Part shown: piece after piece, positions 11,919-25,924 of the stretch
How the letters are laid out: each line of letters begins with the position of its first letter
Position numbering within the stretch: position 1 is the stretch's first letter
Source: Torpedo marmorata
Lineage: Eukaryota
Direction of reading: 5' to 3'
Assembly (NCBI GenBank): GCA_977017645.1
Contig: OZ360234.1
Coordinates: forward strand, 17,546,001-17,610,000
Length of the DNA stretch: 64,000 bases
Translations under genes and position numbers: made by a program
Notes under the pieces: generated by a model
The model's database searches: none
Seen by the model: only the letters and a program-made list of their open reading frames with translations
What the model was told of the DNA's origin: nothing

Positions 11919-14900
11919 GGTTCTTCAAATTGTACAAAAGGAACCCATGGAAGAATTGTGGTATGAAGAGAGACAGAGGAACTGGGGGGGGGGGGGTGTA
12001 GGGGGTGAAAGGAGGAGAGAGTGGAAGAATCCTGTGGGGAGAAAGGGATGGGGTGGAGAGAAAGAGCAGAAGGCATATAGAAGAGGGGTCACATTACCAT
12101 GCTGCTTCTGTTCTTGCTACCACCTTTGTCTCCTTTCCCACCTGCTCCTATCCATCCTCACCCCCCCCTCCCTTTGGTTCTATCCCCCCCACCCCCAACC
12201 CCCTGGTTTACATCTGATATTCTTTTCATTCCACCATCTCAGATTCCAGCGCTGGTCACCTTTGTCTTCTTATCACCCATTCCACCCTGTATGACTCAAC
12301 CTCCTCCATCTGTCCATTTTGTTTTATTGGCTCCCTCTCTTTTTTGTCTGGCATCTGCCAAATCAACTGGCACTGTTCATCATGTTTAATTTCCACCTAG
12401 TTTACCAATCCACAACCCCTGACTTCTTTACACTTGCTTTTTCCACATTTCTCCAGTCCTCAACCCCACCCATGGTAAATGAAGCCCAAGTTATTCTTTG
12501 TCCACTACAATGGACAGGGCACACCAGTCACAGACTCTATTCTGATCTTTGTAGGAGGAGAACATTATCAGGTGGACAGAGAAAATATTTTTTTGCATCT
12601 TGAGGAAATGCAACATCCCAACTCCAAGAAATCTCCAGCACATGGCTATTCAAAGTGGTGAAGGAGCAGACGAGTGCTATTGAGAGCCTGAAGGCCATGC
12701 TTTAAGAGCACACAGAAGACCTAGTTAGGTGGCAGAAAGTGCACCAGCTCAAACTACCCCCCAATCAATAGAAGAGTTCATAAATCTCCAGTTGGCTTCA
12801 TTAGCCACCTCGTAACCCACAAATCCAGAAGGGATGAATCCTCAGTCAAGGAACTGTCCAAGAAAGGATAGGATTTATAACATTGCATTCTGGAATTCAA
12901 TCATTAGAAAATATCCAATGCTTACTCAACTTTGGGTACAATAAAACCTGCACACAAACTGGATGAAATAAACACCTTTGCATTACTACAGCACCATGTT
13001 CAGAGAAAGAATATAGTTAATTTCACCTCATCATAGAAGACAATTCCACATTAAAAGCTTTTTTCAAACTGTATAATCTGTACAGCAGAAATAAAAATAA
13101 TTTTGTCATATTGCCAAGACACTTCAGCTTCAGATGCACCCCAAGAACTGTACACCAATAACTCTCATCATCTGGCAGTTAAAATTTGACATCCGAGAAT
13201 TCGTGCTGTTGACAAATTCTCCTTAGCATCCAAACCCAAGGGGAAATACCATTTTGAAATGTTATTAACTGCAGGCGATGGATTTGGTTAGTTGAGGTTT
13301 CTGCTCTAAACTGCTATCCCAGCACCCTTGGTGGTGGTAAGCATTTTAAATGCCAGAAGGTTAAAGCAATATTGAAAATGACAAAAGATATTGGTAATTC
13401 TTCCATACTTCACACCAATGTGGGCAATTTCCATTTAATACTTCAAGCTACTGTAATAATCGTGTAGCACAGCAATTCAGATGACAATACATGTGCTGAC
13501 TCTGAAATCTATCCAATTTATCACATTGCCCTCGCACAATTTTATTTTTTAGGTATTAATCCAATTTGTTAGGGGTGATTGAAACTTCCTCAACAAAAAC
13601 ATCTTTGGCAAAGTTCTCTCCTGGCAACAATTTATAACTAACAATTGAGAAGTAATCCTGAGAGACAACTGCCCTTACATTTTGACAGTTGACAAATCAG
13701 AAGTTACTGCCATGCTCAAGCTGATCTAGTTTTGAATTTGAAACAATTTACTGTAAAGTGCATGCTTGAGCTTTAACAGCTGCAACTAACATTCAAAAGA
13801 AATGAGCAGTTGATTCTTTGAACCTCAAAATTGTGTAGAAGCTACAAGATGGTGTGCATCCAAGCTGTGGTTAGCAGGGTGCTGCAAATACATTTACACT
13901 TTTTACAGCAAGTGGAGCTGCAGCTTCTGTGAAGAGTTAAATGGTGTTTGCTGTGTACACGTAATCACAGACACCCCCAGCAAATCACATCAATTGCTGA
14001 TCCTCCCTGTTTAAAGGGAGAAGGATGTTAACTAAACTCCTTTATGCTAGAGTCTAAAATATTACATTTGAGAAAGCTAGCTGAAATAATTTAGCCCACT
14101 ATCAGAGTCATGATGCTAAAATTGAAACTGTCAAATCTATAAACTCAATACCAATGGGATCTGAACAGCTGAAGTGGAGAGAGACTTCTCTCCCATTCCT
14201 TCCTAAATAGATTTGAAAGTCTTTACTCCATGGATGTAGTGACATTTGAGTAGTGCATCTAAGCAGTCAGCAATTAGTAATGCCACTATGGGACAGAAGT
14301 GACTTACATGGCAAATGAATAAAATGACTTTGTTAAATACCAAAATGTGGGAAATGAATACCAGAGTCAGACATTGCCGTGACTAGCAAAGGCATTGCCA
14401 AGACTAGATTCCATTGAGAAATTAATTAACCAATCATTTAAATTACATACCCCTGACCCAACTTAATTACTCCCCAATTATTCTGATATTAAAACATTCA
14501 ACCTCCCTCCTGGTTCACAACATAATGAGTTGGCAAAGAGATTATTGTCTGGAATACCAAGCACATCTCTGATGCCCAAGCAAGTAATCAATCCAACCAA
14601 GATCAGAATGCGACTCCGCACCCCCCACCCCCCCCCCCACTCACCACCAAGTTCTCTTTAAAATGATCCATTGAAAATTATGTACACAATATTTTGCTAA
14701 TTTCTTTAAAATAAAAACATGCACCCATTTCCAGATCCATTACAAATTGTGCATTTTACAAAAAAGGCCATTGACCCAAAACATTGACTTCATTTCTCTC
14801 TACAGTTCCTACTCGACCTGCTAAATGCTTCTAAAATGTTCTGCTTTTGTTCCTCAAAGGTTGATTACTACAAAACTTGAGGCAGTTTCCAGCATTTGAA

Positions 14901-14949
14901 GAACTGGCTTTAACAACTGTCAGAGATGAGCATACATTGAAATAGGGTA

Positions 14950-15215
14950 ATTGGTCCACCAAGTCGACAATGACCATCAAGCACCTACTTACACTAAATC
15001 TAAGCTAACCTGCACAAGAGGGAAAATTTACAGAGGCCAATTAACAAACAGACTCACATCATTAGGATGTGTGACAAATGCAAAGCATCTGAAGAAAACC
15101 CACACAATCATAGTGAAAATGTGCAAACTCCAGACAGGCAGCACTGACGTTCAGGATCAAATCCAGGCCCCTGGAGCTGTGAGGCAGCAGCTCTACGAGC
15201 TACATCAATGTGCCC
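14950..15215 (-). mobile_element. decayed tRNA/V-domain SINE
   Basis: Reverse-complement similarity to the SINE at 25925 (gaaaacccacaca..tgtgcaaactcca core). Confidence 0.6.
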
Positions 15216-15529
15216 TCTGGATTCCAAATAAATTTAATTTAAAAATGTACATTTGTAGTATGGAAATATGACAAGTTTCATTTTAAATCATGAGTGAGCA
15301 ACATTAGTGATGGATTCTCACCCTACCACAATGCTGATCTGATCATTCCTCTTGCAACAATTCAAATCTCCTATCCTGTAAAGGTCATTGCTCCATGATA
15401 TGAAGATATTTGACTTTTAACTCTTGAATTCATCATCGAATACAGTATTTCAGAACCAGAAAAGTCTCAGAAGCAGTTCTCTGGAGCACCCCGGAATTCT
15501 AATTTCCCTGCTTTGTTACATCTCTTCCC

Positions 15530-16045
15530 ACCCTGTTGGAGAGGGTTCAGAGAAGGTTCATAAGGATGATTCTGGGAATGAAAGGATTATCATATGAGGA
15601 GCAGCGTTTGATCGCTCTTGGCCTGCACTCGTTGAAATTTAGGAAAATAGGGGGGGAGGGGGAAATTTTATTAAAACATTTCAAATGTTGAAAGGCATGG
15701 ACAGAGTAGATGCATTAAGGTTGTTTCCCATGGTGGGAGAGTCTAGGACAAGAGGGCACAACTTGAGGATTGAAGGGCATTCTGCTTGGAACAGAGATGC
15801 AGAGGAACTTCTTCAGCCAGAGGGTGGTAAATCTGTGGAATTTGTTGCCACAGGCGGTTGTGGAGGCCAGATCATTGGGTGCATTTAAGGCAGAGATTGA
15901 TAAGTTCTTGATTAAGCCAGGGCATCAAAGGTTATGGGGAGAAGGCCAGGCAGTGGGGCTGAGTGGGAAAATGGATCAGCTCATACTTAAATGGCAGGGC
16001 AGACTCGATAGGAGCAGAAACAGGCCATTCAGCCTATGTCTTATG
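15530..16045 (+). mobile_element. CR1 3' fragment
   Basis: LFPMVGESRTRGH and RNFFSQRVVNLWN.LP motifs. Confidence 0.85.
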
Positions 16046-16449
16046 GTCTTTACAACCAACCTCCAAATTAATCTTCAATTACCCAACAAATGTTCTCAAT
16101 TTCTCATCTTATGGGAAGTTTCTTGCAACAGCTGATGTTGGCACAGAAACCATGAAATATGGACCAAATTCTAGATCACGTTTTAATTATACTCTTAAGA
16201 AAAATATTAAGTAAAAACTGAAGGAAAAGATTGTTGACAAAAGCCACTGAAAAGTTTTAAATGTCGCTGACAGATGACAGCAAATTGAACAACATGAATA
16301 GTTTTAGCAGAAGAATGAAAGGATTTTTCTTTGTGACAGAGAAGAATCAGACTTCAGATCTTTGAAAACAAATCTGAACTCTAAATTAGGAGCTCTTGTG
16401 ATCTGGAATCCAGCCAAGAAACTATCATCCACCTTTTACTCAAGAAAAT

Positions 16450-16820
16450 AAGAGAATATCAGACAGCTGGCTCCTTAAGCCTGCCCTGCCATTCAATATC
16501 ATGGATGATCTACCAGTATTCTTGCTTCAACTCTTCTATGCCAGCTTGTTGTCCTCAATTCCCTGATATTTCAACAATTTACTTCCACCTTGGATTTAAC
16601 ATTAAATGCCTGTCCTCCTTTCTTGTAACTACAAGACCTTCTTTAACGTGCACCCATGAGTGTAAAGATTGCAATATCAACTCTCTCAGGATCTCAGTAA
16701 GGTCATCCCTCATTCTTCGACATTCCAAATAATAGGGATCCAAATTGTTTAGCCTCATCATTGGAGCTATTTTACCATCAGTCTCTCCAGGAGATGATTT
16801 TGATGCTTCTGTCCAAGACA
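16450..16820 (-). mobile_element. old CR1 3' fragment
   Basis: RLNNL..Y.LE.RRMR.DL.E remnant and a CR1-like 3' end. Confidence 0.55.
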
Positions 16821-17489
16821 TTTAAGTAACAGTGAAGTCATCTTTTAAAATGTAAAACAATTTTTTTCAATAAGTTCACATTTCAAACTGCTGCATTAGA
16901 CTTACTTCCAAAAGTTACAGAAATACAAAGTGAAAGTTTCAAAAATACAATTACCGGTATTCTATATCTGACAGCTCTGCCTTCAACAGTGGTTGAAACA
17001 GGCAGTTGGGCACAAAACCACAGGGTTCAGCTTTTAATTATTTTGCATATCCAAAGTACATAAAAAGCCATTTGCAATTCTGCTCCAACTTTCTAAACTG
17101 ATCAAAAGCCCAAGAACAGTGGCAGGAAACACATGGCAAGTCCATAATATCAGCTCAATGAAATTTTGTGTAACAGAATGTGACAGATGGTAGTGTACAC
17201 ATTGCCTCACCAGCTTCCTGAAAGTTCAAGAAATGCTTCTGCAGCTTATTATCTACATACTAATGTAACGTTACAACAAAACTTAAGTACCACATTTCTT
17301 TATTAGAGTAATGAACTCAAATACACAAAATATACTGGCAGTATTTAGGTTATACAACAGTTCCATCCCCGAGAAGATTTTTCTGCATTTTTTTTTTTTT
17401 TTTTTTTTAAATAGTGATCCATCATATCTCTCTACATGCAATTTATTTATAATATATACACACACTGTATCTAGTCATAAATACTCAGA

Positions 17490-18150
17490 TATTCAGATTT
17501 ATTGTCACAGTACATACATGATATCACATACAACCCTGAGATTCTTTTTTTCTGCAGGCGAGGCAGAATTACCACCTATTGGTAGTGCAAAAAAACTGTA
17601 CACAGCGCATACATGTAAACAAATAAAGAACTGTAAACAGATAATGAATGTAAACAAACTGTCTTGTGCAATAGAGGGAATAAAATAAATCAATAAAGTG
17701 CACAAGAGCCATTAAATGAGTCCCTGATTGAGTTTGTTGTTGAGGAGTCTAATGGTGGAGGAGTAGCAGCTGTTCCTGAACCTGGTGGTACGAGTCTTGT
17801 GGCACCTTTACCTTTTTCCTGATGGCAGCAGCAAGAACAGAGCGTGTGCTGGGTGGTGTGGATCCTTGATTGCTGCTGCTCTCCGATGGCAGCATTCCCT
17901 GTAGCTGTTCTTGATAGTGGGGAGGGTTTTGCCTGTGATGTCCTGGGCTGTTTCCACTACCTATTGCAGGGCTTTACGCTCAGGGGTATTGGTCTCCCCA
18001 TACAAGACCGTGATGCAGCCGGTCAGCACACTTTCCACCACACATCTGTAGAAATTTGCCAGGGTTTCTGGTGTCATACCAAACCTCCGCAAATCCCTGA
18101 GGGAGTAGAGGCGCTGACATGCTTTCTTCATGATGCCATTAGTGTTGGGC
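17490..18150 (-). mobile_element. Rex-Babar LINE 3' fragment
   Basis: KKA.QRLY.LR.LRRFG..FYRC.VESVLT.CIT motif and a tail matching 6113-6432. Confidence 0.85.
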
Positions 18151-18870
18151 ATTTTTTTTTTCTCTTTCACACCTACAGGTTTCCCAATCCACCAAGTAGA
18201 AAAAAAATCTTAATTTCCTTTAATCCTCACCATTTTCCAGATTATCCTACCATTTTATCATCATCTTCCCCCACCCCAACCTCCATTTTGAATATCAAAA
18301 ACATTCTGACAGCAGCCTTATGTGTATTCTTAGGACACAGGAAGCAACATGCTCATCAAGTCAATGCCAGCTCACAGAGCAATCCCACTGCCCTACTTCC
18401 CTGTAATCTATTGTCACACATGCCTAGCAACACTCATTTTCTTACAACACAATGGTCCATTTACAGGAACCAATTCCTCCAGTAACCTGTAAATCGTTGA
18501 GAAGATGCAAGTGGGAACCTAAGTATCCAAAAGGAAAGAGTCGCTGGGAGAACATGCAAACTCCACACAGAATCAGCATCAAATCCAAGTCACCGCAACC
18601 ATTAAACAGGGCAATTTCCAAATTGTAATTGAACACCAGGATGACCAGCGTATTGTTTCGGAATCCGGTTACAAGTAGAACAATTTCCATGCATTCTCAC
18701 AAGCTAAGCCAGTACAACGATAGACTTGGACAGTTTATTTCCTCTTTCAGCTATTGAATAGTTCAGAAAATATGTCAATTCAATTAATCACCAGCAACCC
18801 CATCCAAATTTTAAATTTGTGAAAATTGCTGAATAAAACAACTAAATTATAATTGTAAACAGAAACCTAC

Positions 18871-18894
18871 CTCATCAATAGGTGCAGATGACAT
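18871..18894 (-). CDS. candidate first coding exon (MSSAPIDE) of an unidentified gene
   Basis: ATG TCA TCT GCA CCT ATT GAT GAG followed by donor gtaggt, just downstream (minus strand) of a CpG-rich promoter. It could equally be a 5' UTR exon. Confidence 0.4.
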
Positions 18895-18929
18895 CTCGTA
18901 GGTAATTATTTTTAACTTTATAGGCTAGA

Positions 18930-19475
18930 GACGAAGGAAGAAGGATCGACTGCGACGTTAGACACCGGACGAGGGCGTGGAAGGCAGGACTGGAGTCAAG
19001 TCTCGGTCCCGAATTCCATGAGCGCAGAGCCCTGAAGGAACCAAGCCGAGGGGCAGCTGCTCTGCACCTGCACGGGAGACACAGCAAACGTCGGACCTTT
19101 CCCCGCCCAGGAGAAGCGCTGTCAGTGGTTACGGATCGCACCTCAACCTGCGATGAAACGCCCGAGATACCGCAGCCCCTGCCCCGGGGTGACACCCGGT
19201 CCCGACCGCAAACAACGCCCGACTGCTCGCTCCCCTTTCAGCAGGTCTGCCGCCGAACCGCGTCGACAGCTGATTGAACTAATTCAAATGAAAGGCTGCC
19301 GGTCTGTCTGAGACACAACCGATCACTCCTGCTTCACCCATTGCCTTCCTGTTCTGTTTATAACCCGGCCCGGGTATAACCTAGCGACACGGCGGCCGCT
19401 AACCGGAAACCCTACGTCATATCCTGGCATGCCACATGAACTCTGGGAATCGTAGTTTTAATCGTCGCACTCATG
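18930..19475 (-). promoter_or_regulatory. CpG-island housekeeping-type promoter / 5' UTR
   Basis: Non-repeat CpG-rich tract with ETS ccggaa (about 19403), CRE-like tacgtca (19413-19419) and a ZNF143/Staf-like site ctgggaatcgtagt (19443-19456). Confidence 0.7.
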
Positions 19476-19496
19476 ACTGACAGAAGGAATTGTGTG

Positions 19497-20950
19497 ATAA
19501 GTCAAGTCAAGTCAAGTCACCTTTATTTGTCGTTCATTACCATATACACAGTAAGACGAGATAGCATTTCTCCAGGACCATGGGCAGATGTACATAAATA
19601 TCATAATACAATAGAAAAAACTATAACATGCTAATAATAGGAATTGAGGAGCCTGATGGCTTGGGGGAAAAAACTGTTGCACAGTCTGGACGTACGAGCC
19701 CGAGTGCATCGGTACCTCCTTCCAGATGGCAAATGGGAAAACAGTTTACCAAAGGGGTGTGAGAAGTCCTTCACAATGTTATTAGCCTTCCTCATGCATC
19801 GTGTGTTGTAGATGTCTGTCATGGTGGGGAGAGAGACTCCAATAATTTTCTCCGCTGACCCCACTATCCTCTGCAGGGTCTTCCGGTCCGAGGTGGTACA
19901 GTTTCCAAACCAAACGGTGATGCAATTGCTCAGAATACTCTCAATGCATCCCCTGTAGAATGTAGTAAGGATAGGGGGTGGGAGATGAACTTTCCTCAGT
20001 CTTCGCAGGAAGTAAAGACGCTGCTGGGCTTTCTTGGCTATGGAACTGGTGTTGAGGGACCAGCTGAGACTCTCCGCCAAGTGCACTCCAAGAAACTTGG
20101 TACTCTTTACGACCTCAACGGTAGAGCCGTCCATGGTCAAAGGAGAATGATCCCCCCGGGCCCTTCTGAAGTCGACAACCAACTCTTTTGTTCACGTTCA
20201 GCTGCAGGTTGTTGTTTCCGCACCATTCCATTAGCGACTGCACCTCATCTCTGTATGCTGACTCATCGTTCTTCCTGATAAGGCGTTCAGAATCAGAATT
20301 TATTGTCATAAACATGTCACGAAATTGGTTGTTTTTCTGCAGTATCACAGTGAAAACATAAACTGCCTTAGAAAATAAATAAAAATTGTGCAAGAAAAAG
20401 TCAAAGTAAGGCAGTGTCTGTGGTTCATTGTTCATTCAGGAATCTGATGGCAGAGGGGAAGAAGCTGTCCTTCAGCAAGGTAACTCGGCAAGCAGTCCGT
20501 ATACTTTTCGTAGTTCACCCACAGAAGTTTGATAGCGTATTCCACATTGTCAAATCTCACAGTTCTTTGAAAGTAGAGGCGTTTGTGTGCCTTCTTCACC
20601 GTTGGCTCTAAGAGAGGTCTTCTGACATATTGGACACCACCAGGATCTTGAAGGTAATTGCCATCTCCATCTCAGTCCCATCAATAGTGTCATCAGCAAA
20701 TTTATAGATTGTGTTGGAGCCAAACTTGGCCATGCAGTCAAGAGTGTGCAGGGAACAGAGCAGCTTTGGGGCACCCGTGTTAATGGTCAGCGAAGAATAG
20801 GGGATGTTGCCGATCCGCAATGATTGGGGTCTGCCAATGAGGAAGCCAAGGATTCAGTGACAGAGGGATGAAAAGATTTGATCATACGTTTTGCTGGTAT
20901 TATGGTGTTGAATGCTGAGCTATAGTCAATGAACTGCAGCCTGATGTAGG
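19497..20950 (-). mobile_element. cluster of Rex-Babar LINE fragments
   Basis: ORF 19631-20182 (VDFRR, KFLGVH, KKAQQRLYFLRRL, FFPQAIRLLN) with a (tgact)n tail; a second tail at about 20285-20470; KFADD piece at 20608-20820. Confidence 0.85.
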
Positions 20951-20952
20951 TA

Positions 20953-21577
20953 AAAACACAATGCTGGAGAAACTCAGCAGGTCAAACCGTGTACTTTATA
21001 TAGCAAACATAAAGATACATAACCAACATTTCGAGCTTGAGCTGAAGGGCAAGGTATGAAAAAATGTCACCAGGCGTCCGAACAAAATGGTAGAGGGGAG
21101 GGGCAGGGGGAGGAGCACGGTCCACAAGGCAGGAGGTAATAGGTGGATAAGGGAGGGAGGGCACAGCAGCAAACAGGGGGAGGAGGGATGGCTCTGTGAA
21201 TAGAGAGGGACAGGGGTGGAGAGCAACGGGAAAGAAGACAAGGAGAAAGGGAAGGGAGGGAGAATGGAGAGTAGGCTGGCAGAAACCGGAGAAGTCGATG
21301 TTAATGCCATCCGGTTGGAGAGTGCTCAGACAGAAAATCAAGTGTTGTTCCTCCAATTTACGGGTGGTCTTGGTGGGATAGTACATGAGGCCATGGACAA
21401 ACGTGAGTATGGGAGTGTGACAAAGAATTGAAATGGTTGGCCACTGGGAGGTGTCTGTCATTCGTGCGGACAGAGCGAAGGTGCTCAGCGAAGCAATCCC
21501 CTAGTCTGCGTCCAGTCCCGCCAATGTAGAGAAGGCCACAATGGGAGCACCGGATGCAGTAGATCACTCCTGCGGAT
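20953..21577 (-). mobile_element. Penelope-like element (GIY-YIG end), left arm of an inverted doublet
   Basis: IYCIRCS.CGLLYIG.TGRRL.D.FAEHL, VANHFN and LEEQHLIF..TLQPDGIN. Confidence 0.9.
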
Positions 21578-22506
21578 AATCCTCCGTAATTTCCGCCACC
21601 TACAACATGATCCCACTACCAGACACATCTTCCCCCTCTCCTCCCCTCTCTGCCTTCCATAGGGACTGCTCCCTCTGTGACTCCCTCGTGCACTCATCCC
21701 TCCCTACCAATCACCCCCCCCCGCCCCTCCCGGCACCTTCCCCTGTGGCTGCAGGAAGTGCCACACTTGCATCCACACCTCCTCCCTCACCACAATTCGG
21801 GGCCCCAAACAGACCTTTCAAGTGAAGAAACACTCACTTGTGTATCCACGAGAGTGATCTACTGCATTCGGTGCTCCCGTTGTGGCCTTCTCTACATCGG
21901 AGAGACTGGGCGCAGATTGGGAGATCGCTTCACTGAGCATCTTCACTCTGTCCGCATCAGTGACAGACAATAGACAGGGATCTCTCAGTGGCCAACCATT
22001 TCAGTTCTGCGTCCCACTCCCATACTCACATGTCTGTCCATGGCTTCATGTACTATCCCACCAAGACCACCCGTAAATTGGAGGAACAACACTTGATTTT
22101 CCGTCTGGGCACTCTCCAGCCAGATGGCATTAACATCAACTTCTCCGGTTTCTGCTAACCTACTCTCCTTTCTCCCTCCCTTCCCTTTCCCCTTGTCTTC
22201 TTTCCCTTTGCTCTCCACCCCCTTCCCTCTCCATTCACAGAGCCATCCCTCCTCCCCCTGCTTGCTGTTGTGCCCTCCCACCTTTATCCACCTATTACCT
22301 CCTGCCTTTGGGACCATACTCCTCCCCCCAACCATTTTGTTTGGACGCCTGCCGACATTTTTCCATACCTTGATGAAGGGGCCAAGCCAGAAACGTCGGT
22401 TACGTACCTTTATCTTTGCTATATAAAGTACACTGTTTGACCAGCTGAGTTTCTCCAGCCTTGTGTTTTTATTTCAACCACAGTGTCTGCAGACTTTCGT
22501 GTTTTA
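21575..22506 (+). mobile_element. Penelope-like element (Neptune-type), right arm of an inverted doublet
   Basis: VIYCIRCSRCGLLYIGETGRRLGDRF.EHL, an upstream Cys-rich linker, a pyrimidine-rich UTR and a hammerhead-like tail. Confidence 0.9.
22364..22404 (+). ncRNA. minimal type I hammerhead-ribozyme-like motif (variant core)
   Basis: catacc-ttgatga-aggggccaagcca-gaaacgtc-ggttacg. Confidence 0.55.
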
Positions 22507-22984
22507 CAGCCTGATGCAGGTATTTTTTTGTGGTCCTGGTGATCTAACGCAGAATGGAGGGCCAGTGAGATGGCATTTGCCATTGACTTGTTGTGACATG
22601 GAATGCAGAAACAAGAGGCTGTTTATTCCTTTGAATCTCTTCTGCCATTTTGTTGGCTATTGTCTGATTTGTATACATAAACTCTAATTACTGATATTTG
22701 CTCCATTTCCATTGATATTTTTGCTTAACAAAAATTGGAATGAATAAAGAGTTTATTGTCATAGACTTAAGTACAATGTACAGATTGTTGTTGCAGCTTC
22801 CCAGGTATATAAAACACACTAATAATGATCATAACAATTTCAGCAGGATTACATGGATACTTGGGAATCACTAGGCTTCGATCCCTGCATATGATCTTTC
22901 TTCTCCAATGGGAAAAAGAATATGCATTCTATATCAGTCCAATCCACTCTGCTGATGCAGATGTCCCAACTACAGTAATTTTAA

Positions 22985-23812
22985 AAATGGAAGCGCTGTC
23001 GCTGGTGCGGACCTGGGAGAGCGAGGAGTGGAGACACGGAGCTACTCCGCAGGGTCCTACCGCACAATCCTAATCATGACGGCTCCGTACAGGCTTTAAA
23101 CGGCCTATTAAAGGAGCCGATGGTGTTTTTAAAAAATCCTGCAACCATGGGGTGTGCACCCAAGATGACGGCGCCTGTGCACAACATACCACGAGCGGTT
23201 GCAGACTCCGGGGGGGGGAGTCGTGGACCAATGCAGGGCATCAGAAACGGGGATAACATCCTCTGTTGAGAAGGAGAAGCATAGGAGGCGACCCTACTGG
23301 ACAGTGACCACGGCAGTGAACAGCGAGGAGCTCAGAGGCTGAAGAACCCACACAGGCTACGGGTTTCTGGTGACTTGTGGTCGAAGGACTCACACAGGCT
23401 ACGGATTTCTGGTGACCTGTGATCGAAGGACCTGCACAGGTTGTGGGCTGCTGGAGACTGGCTCATAGGAACCATGTATCGGAACCGGGATTCTAGAAGG
23501 TGCTGAGGGCAAGAAGGTCTCCTGACGGGCCTCGGGTGCGTATCGGAGGTTTGGATGTGGAGTTCAGGTTGCCGATGGTTTGAACGGGAGCCTGTGCAGC
23601 TCCAGAGGCTGCGGGAATGCTGGAGGTGAATCCATGACACTCGCTGTCTCTGAAGGGACTCTCTTTTGCTTCTCTTTCTCCTCTTGTTAGAGGTGTTCGG
23701 GCAATGCTCATGGCGACTCTTTGCTTGCCTTTCGGCAGACAAAAGTTGAAGTATATCATATATATTACATTTTTAATGTATCATTACTTGACAATAAAAG
23801 GAACCTTTGAAT
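22985..23812 (+). mobile_element. GC-rich non-autonomous retroelement, copy 2 (diverged subfamily)
   Basis: Colinear with copy 1; internal 40-bp tandem duplication near 23350-23430; tail gacaataaaaggaacctttgaa. Confidence 0.8.
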
Positions 23813-24956
23813 ATTTTAATTTGGAGATAAGATGGTGCTTTCTTGTGAGTTTTACAAATGTGACTTTTTTAAATTAAAGGGGAACTATGAGCCCTTGCGT
23901 TAATATTCTACGTAACAAGAGATCACCATGTTTCTTTCCCAGCTTTGGATCTGGCTGTTCATTATGGACAATGAAATAATCTGTCGAGTTTAACAAAGGA
24001 AGAATGGTTTCTTGAATGAGATATTAGAGGACCATATGAATACTTAGGCAAGCTATCTTAATCACTACTTTCTGGAGAGGTGGAGAAAAGATGCAGGGAA
24101 TGTGATCCTTCTTGTTGACAAATACAATGTTCATGAGCATGACAGCCCAGCACCATTACTATTTTAGATAAATCATCTTAAAGAATGATAATTCATTTTG
24201 ATGTATTTTAATTGAACAGTACTTACAATTCAAGTTCTGACACACAAAATGTATCTTCAAATGTATCAGTATTATATTGTCAGCATTTGACATAGGAATT
24301 TATCATCTCATTCAATTATTGCGTATGGTATTATTGATTATCATATTATAATATATTTCTGCTGAATACAAACCATTTGAGGAATTCAAGTACTGAGCTG
24401 AACAATGATATTAAAACAATAGCAGCCTACAAAAATATCACCAAAGGATTTTCAATAGATTTAATTTATTTAAGTATTATATGATTGAACGATAACAGTG
24501 ACTGAACAAAGACTATCTTGTATGCATCAGTATTATTCATTCATCACATCACAGACAGAGGTGTAATTGATTCAACACAGATGAATAAACCTTTCATTTC
24601 ATAAGCATTGTTCATTCATTTTGCGTGCATAATGCATCATGTTAAACTTTTGATGACATAAGTTTCCATGCAGCAGAAATTCGATTCTCATGTTATAAAT
24701 TGCAGACATTCATGAAAACTCCTTTAGCTCTCACTTTCTACCTTTTTCTGAAGATGCTGAATGTTTTTCATTTTTAGTTTAAGGGGCACCAGCAAATCGT
24801 GAGGAAGTCACTCTTCTTGTATGATTGGAGAGGGGGTTCTTGATTTTTAGTATGTAGATGGCTCATACTCAAAAACGTTTGCATCGTTTATAAACTCCAA
24901 ACCATCAATTACTTATGCATGTGTTGTCATAAAAATCACACTTTCTGGTAGAACAT

Positions 24957-25733
24957 TTCAAGATTCTTTTATTGTCATGTAATAAAACAGAAAATGTAAT
25001 ATTACACAAAATTTCCTTTAGTCTACCACAAGGCAGACAAAGGTTCACTATCAGCAGAAATTGCCCGACGCCCCTTACAGTCAGAGAGAGTCCCCCCAGA
25101 GTCACTGAGTGTCCATGGATTTGCCTCCAGTGCTCCTGCAGCCTCCGCAGCTACTAAGCCTTCAGTCCAAACCATTGGCAACGCAAGCTCCAAATCCAAA
25201 CCTCTGACATGATCAGGAAGCCCTCAGCGCCCTCTCACATCTCTGTTCCGATACCTGGTACCCCTTCAGCCAGCTCGAGCCAGTCTGGATGCAGCCTGGT
25301 GTGAGTCCCTTGACAGTAGTTGCCAGCAGCCTGTGTGGGTTCCTCACCTCGAGTCACCAACAAACTACTTTCTGTTTGTTCTTCAGCCTCAGAGCCCCTT
25401 GCTGGGTCGTGGTCAAAGTCCCGTGGGGTTGTCTCCTCTGCTTCTCCTTCTCAAAGTGGAGGGTGGTCTCCCTGTTTGCTGGTGCCCGTTCCAGTCCTCT
25501 GCTTCCCCGGAATCTGCAACCACTCGTGGCCGCTGCCAAACCTTGCGGTCGCAGGACTTTAAAATAAAACACCGTTGGCTCCTTTAACAGACCGATTAAA
25601 GCGTGTATGGAGCCGACGACAGTCGGACTAGATGGTCAGACCCCGCGGGGGAGCTCTGTGTCTCCGCTCCCCGCGGGTCCATACCAGTGGCAGCGCTGAC
25701 GTTTACTGCAGCTCCGGCAGCGCCACCATTTTC
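24957..25733 (-). mobile_element. GC-rich non-autonomous retroelement, copy 3
   Basis: Reverse complement starts aaaatggtggcgctgccggag and ends gacaataaaagaatcttgaa. Confidence 0.85.
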
Positions 25734-25924
25734 TTTTCAAGCCTAGGCTTTAGTTTCCTTCCACACCAAGCTCTTTTTCCCGTTGGGGTCTTTGTTAAGC
25801 ATAATTGATCATACATACATTCAATCTTTTACAACTGGTTTTATCTATGGAGTCTCCCTGCGTGGGTCATGCTTCATAATAAAGATGTTAATATTGGGGT
25901 CTGAATGGTTGAAGCTATACTTTA

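Noticed and set aside
11701-12294. 197-aa ORF
   Set aside because: It spans a solo LTR and purine/pyrimidine low-complexity sequence; no recognisable domain.
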